DNA of 62,108 nucleotides, filler included, from Fonticula-like sp. SCN 57-25 (GCA_001724245.1; 9 parts of 9 records of this genome joined end to end with filler, not necessarily neighbours in it), one strand, 5' to 3'; positions 22,237 to 34,783 are shown, counted from the whole stretch's first letter. Notes: generated by a model from the sequence alone, not told the origin. Numbers and translations: made by a program.

Positions 22237-24270
22237 ATGGCGTCGCTGCAGCAACCGGTCTTGCGGCCGCTCGGCGATGGCACCTCGGTGCTCGTCTTTC
22301 GCCCTGGCGACGTGCGCGGTTTACACACTCACTTTGTTGCGCGCTGACTATGGTTTAGTTTGTGACGTTTGTAGGGGCGGTGACGCTCCGCGTTGTGCAT
22401 GGCGATATAAACGTTATGGGATGCCTCGTGGCGGGCGCCCACCATGGCTCAATGTCGTTCCCCGTGTATTCACCGACGACGCACGCGCCGCTTTCCATGT
22501 CGGCGTCCAATGTGCGTGATAGATTAAGTGCGACTGTGTGCACTAACTCGCGAAATAAGACGGCGATCCCGCTTGGTGCCTGCGACCATGCCGTTGTCAA
22601 GTCCCTCTACGAGGATGCCGACTTTAAGCAGGGCATCGCCGCCGTCGCCTTACTCACGCCGATCGATAGTGCGCTTTTGAGTTTCATGTGCTTTCCCTAA
22701 GCACTTTTATATAGGCGGCTCACTGAGCCACCTTGTGGAGCTCCCCGGCTTTAAAAACATCTTTTCGTCCTTGTCTCCTTCTTCGACGGACGCGTCCCCC
22801 TCGCCATCCTCTTCATCGACCTCATCCCCTCTTCTCTTTTCCCCACTTCCTCCCACTTCTGGTATTTCCTGCGGCGCAAGCCTTTCACGCGCCCTCTCCG
22901 GCATCTTTGAGGCGTGCATGAGCGCGCCATCGACGAGCGCGGATCCCCCCGTCCTCATGGCCGTCGGCAACAAAAACGTCGGCAAGAGCACCGCACTGAG
23001 GATACTTCTAAGCCGCCTTGCCCTCGCGGGAACGCCCGTCGCCTTTCTCGAGTGCGACATTGGACAGAGCGAGTTTACAGCGCCTGGCATGGTGTCGCTT
23101 AACCTCGTCGAGTCCCCCATCTTTGGTACGTTTCATTCGTTTTTCCTGTATGGCGCTGACTCAAGTAGGCCCGCCGTACACACACCAGCAGCCGCCACTC
23201 ACAGCAGCGTACTTTGGCGCCACCTCACCACGTGAAAACCCAAATTACTTTGTCTCGTGCGTTGATTTCGTCTACCAGCATTATGTGCAGCACCTCAAGC
23301 CGCGCGGCATTCCCCTCCTGGTCAACTCTTTCGGGTGGGTAAAAGGTCCGCATATCACGTTTTATATAGATAAAGCTGACACGCAGCAGGCGCCGGCTTT
23401 GACTTGCTTGTCAGCATTGCGTCGCTCGTCTGCCCCACCGACATGATGCTCATGGTGTCTTGCGGCCCAAAGAGCGTCGACCCATCATTCGGCTCATCCG
23501 GCTTTTTTGGCCCTGATGGGTACGAAATCGAAGCTCACTGGTCTATTTGAAGTGTTGTTATTGGTTTTTGACGTCTTTTTGATATGTTTATTGACATTAT
23601 TTGTAGTACGATTCACACGCCGCGGATACACACTGTGCACACTGAAGAAAATAACCTCTCAAGGTACGACGCAAACTCTCCTCCACCTTGCTCACCCCCA
23701 CTCAGCTCGCTCCGCTTTGGCCCCGCCGACCTGCGCACGCTCGCCCTCGTCGCCTCCTTTCACCGCCCCGGCGGCGACACTGGCCCGCTCAGCACGCGCA
23801 TTCCCCTCGCCCTTCCCTTTTCCGCCGCCGCCGTCCGCTTTCTCCACTGCGAGGTCGGCCCCAGCGAGGCACTCGTCGCTCTCAACGCGTCGCTCGTCGC
23901 ACTCTGCGTCGACCCGCAATACTGTGGCAACACTGCAGACAATACTGACCACGTGGTACCTGCTGTTGCGATGCCGCCGTCGCTCGGCCGCGGCGCGCCG
24001 CTTCGCTGCGTCGGCGTCGGCATTGTTCGCGCCATCGATGTCGAACGTCGCCTGTTTGCCATTGTGACGGCGCTCAGCGGGCGCGAGCTGGCGGCGGCGG
24101 GTGTGAATACGCTTGTGCGTGGCAATGCGCTTGAGATTCCCGTGGCGCTGTTTATGGATAGGTCGGCGGCGACGGCGGGTGGGCCGTATGTTTCGTTCAT
24201 AGAGGAGGAGGGTGCGGGGAGCGGGGCAAGGAGGCCGAGGCATAATATGAACAAGAGGAAGCCGCATTAG
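22237..24270 (+). CDS. NOL9: Polynucleotide 5'-hydroxyl kinase NOL9/Grc3, multi-exon
   Basis: VGNKNVGKST Walker A, FLECDIGQSEFTAPG, PLLVNSFGWVKG, CVGVGIVRAID. Confidence 0.9.
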
Positions 24271-24575
24271 ACGCCATTTTGTGTTTTATGCACATTTTTA
24301 TTATATAAATTTGTACAGAGATGTTCAATATGGATACAAAGTGACAACATTCCTGAATGGTTGACAATGGGGCTGCAGCCAAGTTTAACTGAAAACTGTC
24401 GATCCTATATAACTTGCTCCCCATAACGCAAACCCTTGCTGGATATAAACATAAACATTGCGCTTCCAATAGGCCGCACCAAAGTTGTTCGGCCTAATTG
24501 AGAAGGTTGTCATTTTCCGGGGTCAAAAATCAAAGCCGATTGACAGGATTGACACTTCTCATCCACGTGGCCGTT

Positions 24576-25715
24576 ATGTTGGACGCGAAGGGGGTCGTGC
24601 AGGCGGTGGTGCTTGCCGGCCTGTTCTCCACCCTCTTTTTATTCTCGACGCGGCTGTCAATAGACGGCTTTCAGCATTATGCTGTTCAGATAAAGCTTGA
24701 CTCGTTTCCGGGATCGATCCCTTGCGTATCGACCATCCCGAGTCGGGTCGCCAATCTGACGTGTGAGCGGGACATGGCGAAGATCGAGGCTCATGCTGCA
24801 AAGGAAAAGTTCGTTACGGTAGAGGAGGCGATCGCGACGACGCCGTGCTGCATGTCGGACAGTGCGCAGCGGCCGGTGACGCTGGACGACGTGCTCGTTG
24901 TCGTGGTGGCAAGCATGGCGACCCTGGCTCGCACGCACACCGTCAAGGATACGTGGGGAAAGGTACCACATGATTTCATATTTAATTCGGAAAACTGTCT
25001 TTGTTTTGTCTGATATTTGTGTTAAACATCTTTTTGTTGACTATTTGATACTAAACCAGTGACGTACTAGGACTTTCCTCATATCATTTATGTTGCCGAA
25101 GTGAACGATCCGTCGGTCCCGTTTGTTACTGCGCCGTCGATCGAGGGCCTCGGCGACTACGGCGACAGCGGCCGCCGCCAGCTCGCCTACCTTCAGCACA
25201 TGCGCACCTTGAACGACCCGCTTCTCGAAAAGCCATACGTCTTCTTTGCCGATGACGACACGTTCATCAATGCCGATGCGCTCTTGAAGCTTGTCAGCCG
25301 CATGAACCCCGCGTGCCCGATCTACATCGGCCACGTCTTTTCCAGCCAGTGGATCGCCGGCCTCGACTACCAGTCCGGCGGCGCCGGCTTTCTCTCAACG
25401 CGCGAGTGCGTCGATCGCGTCCTGCCGCACGTCTTTTCCAACAAGTGCCCCTACACCGGCTACGGCGATCACTTTTTTGCCAAATGCGCGTGGCGGGAAA
25501 AGTGCCAGCTGCTGCACTCGTCCGAGTTTCACTTTATGAAGCCGCCGACTGTGCGCGACGCGAACGACTACGACTGGCCGGTCGTCGCCGACGCGGTGAC
25601 TTTCCACTACGTGACGGACGCGCAGGCAAGGGCGGCCTACGGTTACCTTCAAGAGCGAAAGTCTTTTATCGACCGGTTCCTTCACGACCACGTGGAAGAT
25701 ACCAAAGACGTATAG
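24576..25715 (+). CDS. Fringe-like GT31 glycosyltransferase (type II membrane), copy 1
   Basis: N-terminal TM; TVKDTWGK; YVFFADDDTFIN; PIYIG; YQSGGAGFLS; AVTFHYV. Confidence 0.85.
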
Positions 25716-25865
25716 TTTTATATTGTAATTTTTACTACCCTACGAGTATGTGGCATATTTACGCGCCGCTGTGCGCAATGCTTTTTGTACAGTATTATGC
25801 ATAATTATCATTAATTTTTTATCACTCCTTTCATCTGTCATTCCAAACATATCATCCACGTGGCC

Positions 25866-26569
25866 ATGATTGACAGGTGGCGGGCGGCGGCCCTGGGCGG
25901 ATTGGCGCTCGCCGTCGTCGCATCTGTGCTCTTCTCTGCCATGTTTATCTACCCGGAAAAGGACCCAGTGACGGCGTTTAATGAGGCGCTGTGGAACCAG
26001 TCGTACTGCTCGGTCGATTTCGGCGTCGCTGGGCATGCCGAATCGGCCGGAACGGCAGATGCGGCGGGTGCCCTGTGCCTCGCTGATCTTCGGCGGATCG
26101 ACAAGCTCGCTTCTGAGAAGCGGTATGTGACGTGGCAGGAAGTGCAAAACATTGCGCCGTGCTGTGCGTCGGACATGCCGCACAGGGATGTGTCTCTCGA
26201 GGACGTGCTCTTTGTGGTGTCAACGACTGCTGCCGAGAAGGACAAGCTCGACCTCGCGCGCAAGACGTGGGCCAAGGTACGCATAAACGCAATATTGACA
26301 TTGTTTATGTCTATATATCGTTGAATTTTGTATAAACGTGCTGTTAATTGTGTATTTATGCTTTGTTTTCTGGCTGTTCCCTGTTACTTTACTTTCGACT
26401 AACATGATCCCCACAGTCCCTTCCACACGTCATCTTCGTCTCTGACGAGGACGATCCTTCCGTCCCACTTGTCTCCCCCCTCCCCTCCGCTGACATTCCC
26501 AATGAAGCTGGCAGCCGCCCTCTTGCCTACCTCCAACAACTTCGCACTATCGACGATCCCGTCCTCGAA
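25866..26569 (+). CDS. Fringe-like GT31 glycosyltransferase, tandem copy 2, truncated at gap
   Basis: Paralogous PCCASDMPHRDVSLEDVLFVV...ARKTWAK with intron at the same position as copy 1. Confidence 0.8.
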
Positions 26570-27839
26570 NNNNNNNNNNNNNNNNNNNNNNNNNNNNNNN
26601 NNNNNNNNNNNNNTTAATTAATTAANNNNNNNNNNNNNNNNNNNNNNNNNNNNNNNNNNNNNNNNNNNNTGGCAGACCTCATCGACAAGAGCGTCGTCGT
26701 ACAGTGCGAGTAGGGCGGCAGCGGTACATGAACATACACAGCACACTCACAGCATTCCTTCTCATCATATATGCCTCGAAATGTGGTTTCGAGCCATAAT
26801 GTAGTAATTATTTCCCCCGCTGTAAATGTGCCAATATATCTCGAGATGTACAAGAGGAAAAGACATAATTGACCATGTGGACATACTATCAAGAATAGCA
26901 AGATGCACAATACGGAATACCGTAATTCCGTATGGTACGGATACTGTATTATGAAATGGCAAAATCTGGGCAAAATCTGTATAATTATCTGATAATTATG
27001 CACCTGATATGCACCCGTATCCCTTGTGTGACAGGGGCTACGCTTTAATGCACGATTGGTGCATTTTTATTTTAGCAATAAAGAGGTACGCTAAAACACT
27101 CTGCTCTCAACCAAATACATCTCCTGTCAACTGTACGAAACCACTTCCAAGTGTTGTGCTCTCTGAGCGTGCGTTCGCCGGTAACTCGCAGTGAGTGTAT
27201 AGCAAAGAGGGGAATGACAATATATTGAACATATACAATGGCTTATATACTCTGTCCTTGTTGGAATTCCCCGATGCTTACCGCAGCCATTGGTCCAATA
27301 AGGCTTAGCCCCGTAAACAAAACCTAAACAATTACCTAAAAGCTATCAGCACTAACTTAGAATGGATATACTTGCCGCAGATGGCAGCTACTAGAACATT
27401 CGTCTGCACATCCCTGTTGCAATCGATGTGGACGAATCTGATTGGTCCATGCAAACTGACAAATCTGTCAAATCAACTGGCGGCTGGCTTATAGCCCTAC
27501 AGCTATATAGTATTTGACGGACAGTAGTCGCTTCATGATGTGATTTACCGATTGTATGGCATGTGTCCCCACAACTATCGTGGGAATAAAGTCGTTCTCT
27601 ACAGACCTAATAGCAATCCATTACAAAACGAATTTTCCAGACGACCAATGTAGTATAGTTGTCAAACTTCATTCCATTACTCGACAATACAAAGGTTCTG
27701 AACGGTGGTCCGCGGACTGACAGAGATGGAATGAGAGAGAGAGAGAAAGAGAGGGAAAGAGAAAGGCACTGGGTCAAGCATCTGTGAAGAGCTGTAAAAG
27801 AAACAAGGGCGCTCGAAAGCGATCGAATGACAAACTTGA

Positions 27840-30800
27840 CTACCACGGCAGATCGGACTCCTTAGAGTTTACTTGACCAGGCGTCAGTCTGCGCAGCCTA
27901 TAGCGGCATTGCCCAATCTTGGCCTGGTTTTCAATAGGGATATCCAAAACACTCGCGCGATCGATCACGGCCAAATTCGCATCCGAAGGCCCGAGGCAAA
28001 GAGGATGCGCTTGCGCATAGAATGACATTCCAATGTTGCTACCTTGGCTTGAAATGATCTCATAGTCATGGTTGATCGGGAGATAGGGCTGCAGGAAAGG
28101 ATTATTGAACGTCGCGTTGAGCGAATCTGTAATGTAGAATAACACCGGGTGGATCACGGCGGCCTCATCCTCAGGGTTGGCCGGGACAGGAGGAGACGTG
28201 ATGAAAACGACAGCTTCCATGTCAAAGTAGACCGCGTCGTTGATCCCAGCCAAATAGAACAGACCTTTCGAGCCCATGAACGCAGCGCCTTGATTATCCA
28301 GCGCGTCGGCGCACACCAGCCGGAAAACATATTTTTTCATCTCTGCAGAATCAAAGGAAACGCTATTCGTAGTATCGACCTTATGTGCGCTCAGCGTCGT
28401 GTATGCGCTCGCCGAGGAGAGCAAGGACATGCGTGGGGTACTACCCAAATCGAGCAGCGACGTCGCATTAGCAAAAGAAGCGTTCCAGCGTTCCAGCAAA
28501 TAAGCCTCGTTTTCGCCGACGAGAATGAGCTCGCCGTTAGATCCAAACATGACATGCTCGGCAAATGAAGCAAGACCACCAATGTAATCGAAGGCCGACT
28601 CGACGGTGCTATTACCGTTGATGTAAACAGTGTCGTTCCAAATGGCAATCCAATCGCCCTGCTTCTGAAACAAAAGTGGGCGCTGCTCCAGCCAATCAGC
28701 GGTTAGAATCTCTGCAGGAGCAGTCAACAAGCCGCTGAGCAGCGCGAAGCTATAACCGTCCCGTTGAGTTGGCTCCGGACTGCAGCGCAGCGAGGGAAGC
28801 GCAGATGAGTGAGCCTCAAGAGAGCAGATAACTGTGACGGCCACAAGTTCATTGATGCCAGAATCCGCCAAGGATTTGATGAAAAGGAAGCGGCTCATGT
28901 GGAGCGGGAGCCGCCTCGTACCTCCCCGGCCCGCCATAAACGGGATTGGACCGGAGGATTTCGAAGGGTCTGGCGAGAATGGAATGAAAGCGTCCGGACC
29001 ATCGGAGAAGGGAAACGGCGCTTTCGTCATGACCTCATTCAATCGCTCCGCTCGACAGGTGGCCTGGCCTTGGAATGGGGATAGCGCGACAGGCACAGTG
29101 GGGCTGCACGTCCACACGATGGTACCATCGAAAAATATCACAGCGGCTCTGTTGGCGCCCGCATCAAAGAAGTAAGCTCCCGTCGAAGCGCGAGTGCTCA
29201 AAAAGGATACGTTCGAATCACGGATCAACTCGATCACGCCCGTCGATTCGCTTGCATGCATGAAAACGGTCGAATCCTGGACCCCATCATCGCCGAGCCA
29301 CTCAAAGGTAACGTAGTCCAAGCAGCGAATGTCGGTCTCCTCGTTCGGGTTGACGGCATCCGGGGGGCAATAGGTGCCGTTAGAATACTTGCAATAGTAC
29401 TGGCTCAGTTGGCAAGCGCGCGTGATCAAATCATCTGCCGCTGTCGAGTTCACATCAGGCCCAAAAAAAAGCTCAGGATTAGAAAACAAGGTCGATATTT
29501 CGTCGACTTGAATCACTAATGGTACGGGGTTTTCCCTTACGGTGGTTGACCAAATCTTGAGGCTTTCGGTATTTCCGTCCGCGATGTCGGCGGAGGCAAC
29601 CGGTTGGCCACCTAGGTACCATTCAAGCGAAGAGGCCGACATGGTAGCTAGGGTCGACCGCGCTTCCGTTTGGAGCTGAGCGCTGACGTCAACCGAAGAT
29701 GAGGCGGAGAGGAACTCAAAGTTGGCTTCGACACTGGTGGAAAGAGCAGCGCCTATCACGGTTTGCTGGAAGCTTGCATATTCGCTTTGCGTCATCGCAT
29801 AACGTTGGCTTGCCACACCACCCATCACCGCCATCGTCGAAAAATGGGTCCCGTACGTTTCCAGAAAGTGCGAGTAGGCCAGGTTGTCTTCCGGCGAACA
29901 TTGGAGCGTCGCAGCTGTTGGGCAAGTGCTGACCTCCGTTTCACAAACAGGAAGGCCAAGCACTGCCGCAACGAACACACCGTCGAGTTCGAATGATGGG
30001 CGCAGCCGCGCGCGATAGTAAACTGTGCTGGAGTCGATCTGCACATACTTGGATTTGGACCGCGCCGTTTCCTCCCGAATATGCTGGTAGGAAGCGCTGG
30101 CCGAAAAGCGTCCATTAAACATTGTGTCGGCAGAAACCGAAGCCCCGATAGATACGGCCATATCCAAGGTGTCCTTGTACGCTTGTTCGCTGGCATACGA
30201 CGTCGAATGAGATGTAAAGGTCGATGACGTTTCTTCGGTAACATCAGCGTAGTCGGGGAGCGGGAAGGCGCCATCGCCCGAGAAGCGACCAAGTTCGAAA
30301 GACTGCCGAATCACAGGTTGCGTGAATCCAGGATCCACTTTACCGGTCGTTTCGCGAGGGTTCGCGATAAAGATATTGTAGCCACGACCGAGGAAGCCAA
30401 TGTTGGGGTAGCTCGCCCCACTCGGTGCAACAGGCATGCTGGCGGCTCGCTCCGCGGCGCGCCGGTCCAGGATGGCTTCTGCCGCCTCCGCTTCCGCAAT
30501 TCCCCTCGGTAGGTCGGCTGCCAAGCGGGCGTCATCCAAAATTTGCGCAAACAGGTTGCTCGCGTAGCCTGCCTTTTCCTTCGACACTGACGCATCGGCA
30601 GCAATCGTCTCGTATGAAGCGGTGGACATGGATTCCAAAATGGCTGTCCGAATGCGAGACTCCTCCGCCAGCAAAAACTCAACCTCCTCGCCATTCGCGC
30701 TAGGCAGCGTGGCTGTCGGCGTCGCCATAGTCGTTGTTGTGGTGCTCGGCACGCTTGCAGTCTTCACCTTTAAAACAAAACTTCCCGTGTCGTTTCTAAA

Positions 30801-31395
30801 GCCCGAGACCAGCACATAGTAATCAAAGCCGACTTGAGACCAAAATGATACGGTAGACGTGTTCATGGCCACTTCGGGTGCAGGCAACGGGTTCGACAGG
30901 CACGGGGCGCTTTCGTTGGACGCCTTGCAGAGGAATTGATCGCATGAGCCACCGGAGGGTGTTTCAAACACGGTCAGGACGGTCGCGAATGAGGTAGCAC
31001 CGGAGCAAGTCGTGGCAGTAACAGTTGCGCCAGTTCCTGCGAAAACAATCCAACGACTAGGGATGCGATGTTAGACGAACGCTGCACGAAAGCAAGAAGC
31101 GCGCACCCTGGGTCGGCTGCCGATACGCCACAGGTTTCGCCAACCATCTCGCCTGCAGCTTCGCTCGAAAGTGCCAGGTACGAAGGAAAAAGCACCCCCC
31201 ACGTTGTCACGCCGAGGCGCGGTGCCGTCGGGCATGCGGCCATTGCTACAGAGAATTCGTCATCCAAATCAGCATTCAGCGTAAAAAAATGAGTGCAAAC
31301 GCACCGCCATGGGGAGCAACGAAGAGAAGCACAGCAGCTAAAACGGCGGTGTACCAATGAAAAAGAAGCGACAGGCGCTTCTTCGAGGCTACCAT
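27840..31395 (-). CDS. Secreted MACPF/perforin-like protein A (about 1150 aa): signal peptide, PPC-like domain, Thr-rich linker, MACPF, long C-terminal region
   Basis: Exons 31395-31305, 31245-31107, 31056-27840 join in frame; IGFLGRGYNIFIANP...DPGF; FLETYGTHFSTMAVMGG MACPF signature; WSTTVRENPVPL. Confidence 0.9.
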
Positions 31396-31570
31396 CTCAG
31401 GTATGCCACGATAGCACCCTGGAATCAACGCCAATCGACGTCTTCGTGGCAAAAAGGGGCCAGGTGCTCTCTGTGCACTGATTGGCTCTCCTGGTCACAA
31501 CAAAGACTGCTGATTGGAGCATCTGATTTTTGACAGTTTGGCACACGCGGCGCCTTTCTTCGCCACCAGC

Positions 31571-32875
31571 ATGAGGAAAGGATCGGCGGCCGCCTACTTT
31601 CTCATAGCCGCCATCCTGTGGCAGGCTGTAGCCTCTGCCGAGGATGACGACCATCTGAAGGGCTTATGTTTTGAGCCCTTTGCGGAACCGTTTGCCTCTT
31701 TGAATGGCCAAGAAACTCTCGCTGGAGCTGCTTTTACGAAGGCAGGGCTGGATGTCGTAACCGCCGCCGTGCAAAGTCCAGGTGCGTACCAAAGTGTGCT
31801 TTAATAATAAAGCTTGTTATTGTGCTTAATGCGTGTCATGGATGTTTAATTAACTTTACTTGATTTTTAAACAGATGCCAGTACCGCCGCTTATGTTTCC
31901 AAGCATGCTGCTGTCAAAACAACCATCCTGCAAAGCAAGGAGGAGGAGGCCTATGTGAGCCTGTCCGCAGATCACCTGGTGCAACAGGCGACCGCCGAGT
32001 TTTCCAAGGGTATGCACTTTAGACACGGCTCTGTTGCTTGTGATTATCGTTGCTGATGTCTCATGATCCCTTCTAGAAACGCTGGCGCACGCGGCGTACA
32101 CTGCTCGCTTGAACGCCCTCGTTGCAAACCTCACTGCCGATGCCGAGGTGGCCGTTTTTAAAGCCCGTCAAAGACTAGGTGCGTTTAGTCACAATTGTTT
32201 TGAACGCCGCATATTCACATGTGCCCCCATCGACAGCCGAAGCAAAAGCCGCCCTCCGCGTGCAACCTCGAGCCACGTCCCTTCGCAACATTCAGTTCGT
32301 TGGGCGTGGCTACAACCTTGTCGAGGGTTGTCCCCGAGAACCGTCGGGGAAAATCGACTCCGGTTTTCGACTGCCCGTGATTGACCAGGTGTACTTTCAC
32401 GGGCAGTACACTCCAGACGGGCTTTATGCGCTACCTGACCATATCGACGCTGTGCAGCTGCCTAGTGCTACGCTCTCATCCACGGTGACGAAGATGACGC
32501 AGGAGGCCCAGTACAAGAAACAACTCGATGCTTCCGTCGAAGTGTCGGCCGCTGCATCGATGGAGCGCTTGTTTGAAACCCGCTTTAGCGCCTCAGTGAC
32601 GTATCAGTCGACCGCCGAGTCGCTAAGGAAAGATGACAGCAACTTTGTGGATATCGAAGCGCAAGTCTCCAGCTACCGAGCGTCTATCAAGCTCCCCCCG
32701 ACGTCCCGTGACCTTCCTCTTTCGGAGGACTTTCGTGCCGCCGTGAAAACTTTGCCGCTGTCGGCCGAAACCGAGGAGCTGAAGGAGGTGTTCAAGTCAT
32801 TCGTCGCCAACTTTGGAACCCACTACGCAAACACGGTTTGGTTCGGAGGGACTGCGACACAACGGTATATGCTCA
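31571..32875 (+). CDS. Secreted MACPF/perforin-like protein B, truncated at gap
   Basis: Signal peptide MRKGSAAAYFLIAAILWQAVASA; introns 31782-31874, 32010-32076, 32179-32236; IQFVGRGYNLVEGCP...DSGF; FVANFGTHYANTVWFGG. Confidence 0.9.
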
Positions 32876-33107
32876 NNNNNNNNNNNNNNNNNNNNNNNNN
32901 NNNNNNNNNNNNNNNNNNNTTAATTAATTAANNNNNNNNNNNNNNNNNNNNNNNNNNNNNNNNNNNNNNNNNNNNAGTACATTATTGTTGCGTGCATTTA
33001 TTGAAAATAATTGATATTGATTCCACCTTGTAACCTAACAAACTGTGCTTGCATCCGACGATCGAATCACCCAAATCGCCTTCAACGTGCTACTGCATGC
33101 TCATCGC

Positions 33108-34272
33108 CTAGGGAGTGTCCGGGGAGCGCGTGACCTCCGGGACGCGGAAAAACGTGGCTACGGGCTTTTGTCTAAGCGCGTACGCACGTGTCATTGCAAA
33201 AAGATTTGATGTAATCCAAAACATAAACACGCCCGCGGGCAGTGACTCTGTCACCGGGATGAACGCGACGGCACCGAGGCGCGTGGCGCTGAGCATCCAC
33301 GGCGGCATGCGGAACACCTTCCCGGACGCGAGCTCGATGGTGGCGAGCCACGTGATGCCCGAGAGCACGGGCAGCAGTTTCGTCGGGTCCGGCTGCGAGA
33401 GGTCCGGGAACCACAGCGCGCCGCCAGTCGAGACGCCCGGCAGGCCCGACGTCGAAATGTCGATCACGGCGCCGAAAAGGCTTAGGAAAATGGGCGGGAA
33501 AAGGAACGGCGACACGAGATTCTTGAGCGGGTGGCACTTGTTCTCCCGCAGCGTCGCCTTGTAGGCAAGCGCAGCGTCCATCTTTTCCTCCTCCGACGCG
33601 GTCTCGCTCAGCATGACAGCGTCTTGCTTCTTGAGGTCCGCGCGCGCGAGGTACAGGCGCGCCGTGTTGCGCACGAGGCTCACATTGAGCGGCAAAACGG
33701 CCACGCGGAACATGAGCGTCACGCTCACAAGCGACGACCACCAGCTCATATTATGCTGCGTATGCGCATCTAAAACCAATCAGCGGTGTGAGCCAAAATT
33801 CCAAACGCATGCATACACAAATATAAAAATAAACAATAAATGCATGCGTACAGTTAATAAGCGTCTCAAACTGCGCGACCGACCACGGTACGACGTGGCC
33901 TGTAATAGGGCTCGTCACCATGGCGGCGTCCACGAGCGCGCCGACGGCTGAGCTCAGCTGCCGGCCGTGCTGTAGCCCCGAAGGGCGAGCGCCAAACGCG
34001 CCCAGCGGCGACGACATGGCGCGGCGCGGCGGCAGCGGGCGGGCCGCGAGCGCGTAGCCGCGCTTGCTCAGCGGGCTGGCCGTTGCCACGCTCGTCAAAG
34101 GAGAGTCGTCGGAGCCGCCAGGACGCGACGATGCGACGGATGCGGCGCGAACGGCGGACGCGGACTGCTCGGCGCGCGCGACAGACATCGAGGAAGATAC
34201 AGTCTCGGCGACGCGAGGGGCGTGCGCGGCAGACGGGGCCGGTGCGCGGAGTTTCTGGATGGCGGGCAGCAT
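33108..34272 (-). CDS. Oxa1/YidC/Cox18-family mitochondrial insertase, 2 exons
   Basis: SWWSSLVSVTLMFRVAVLPL, TGGALWFPDLSQPDP, LPAGVFMFWITSNLF. Confidence 0.9.
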
Positions 34273-34783
34273 AAGTATTCAGTGACGCGGCGGGGCCTAC
34301 GTGGCACGTACCGACTTTAGAAGGATGCGATTAGCGCGGAAGAGCGCCGCCATCTTTGGCAGATGCGACGCCTTGTAGGTACCAAAAATGATGAGGGCCG
34401 ACGTCAGCGGCGACGTGACGTGCACGAGCACCTCGGCAAGGATGTGGTGCTGCTCCATGGGGGCACACAATTGCTCAGTCAGCAGACTAGGCTAGACACA
34501 ACACCTCGTTCACCACCGCAAATGGCTCGCTTGCGATACACCACCCAAAACCATAAAGACAGGCCGCACAGACCGGTGCGGTTGATGTCTGATGGCGGGT
34601 ACGATAAAATATGCGAGGATCAGCAGCGGTCAGCAGCGGCCCAAACGCAAAGTGCCGCCCGAGGTATCCCGAGTTATACCAAAGTAGTCGTCGGGTTGAA
34701 TCGGGACTCTTTGGGACCAATCAAAGCAGCGGGATTAGGTTGGTTTCAAACGGACGATCGTGCGCCAAAACTCGCGTGGAGCC

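Noticed and set aside
26910-26933. 9-bp hairpin ATACGGAAT-N6-ATTCCGTAT in AT-rich DNA
   Set aside because: Short and single; no TIR pair, target-site duplication or transposase to support a mobile element
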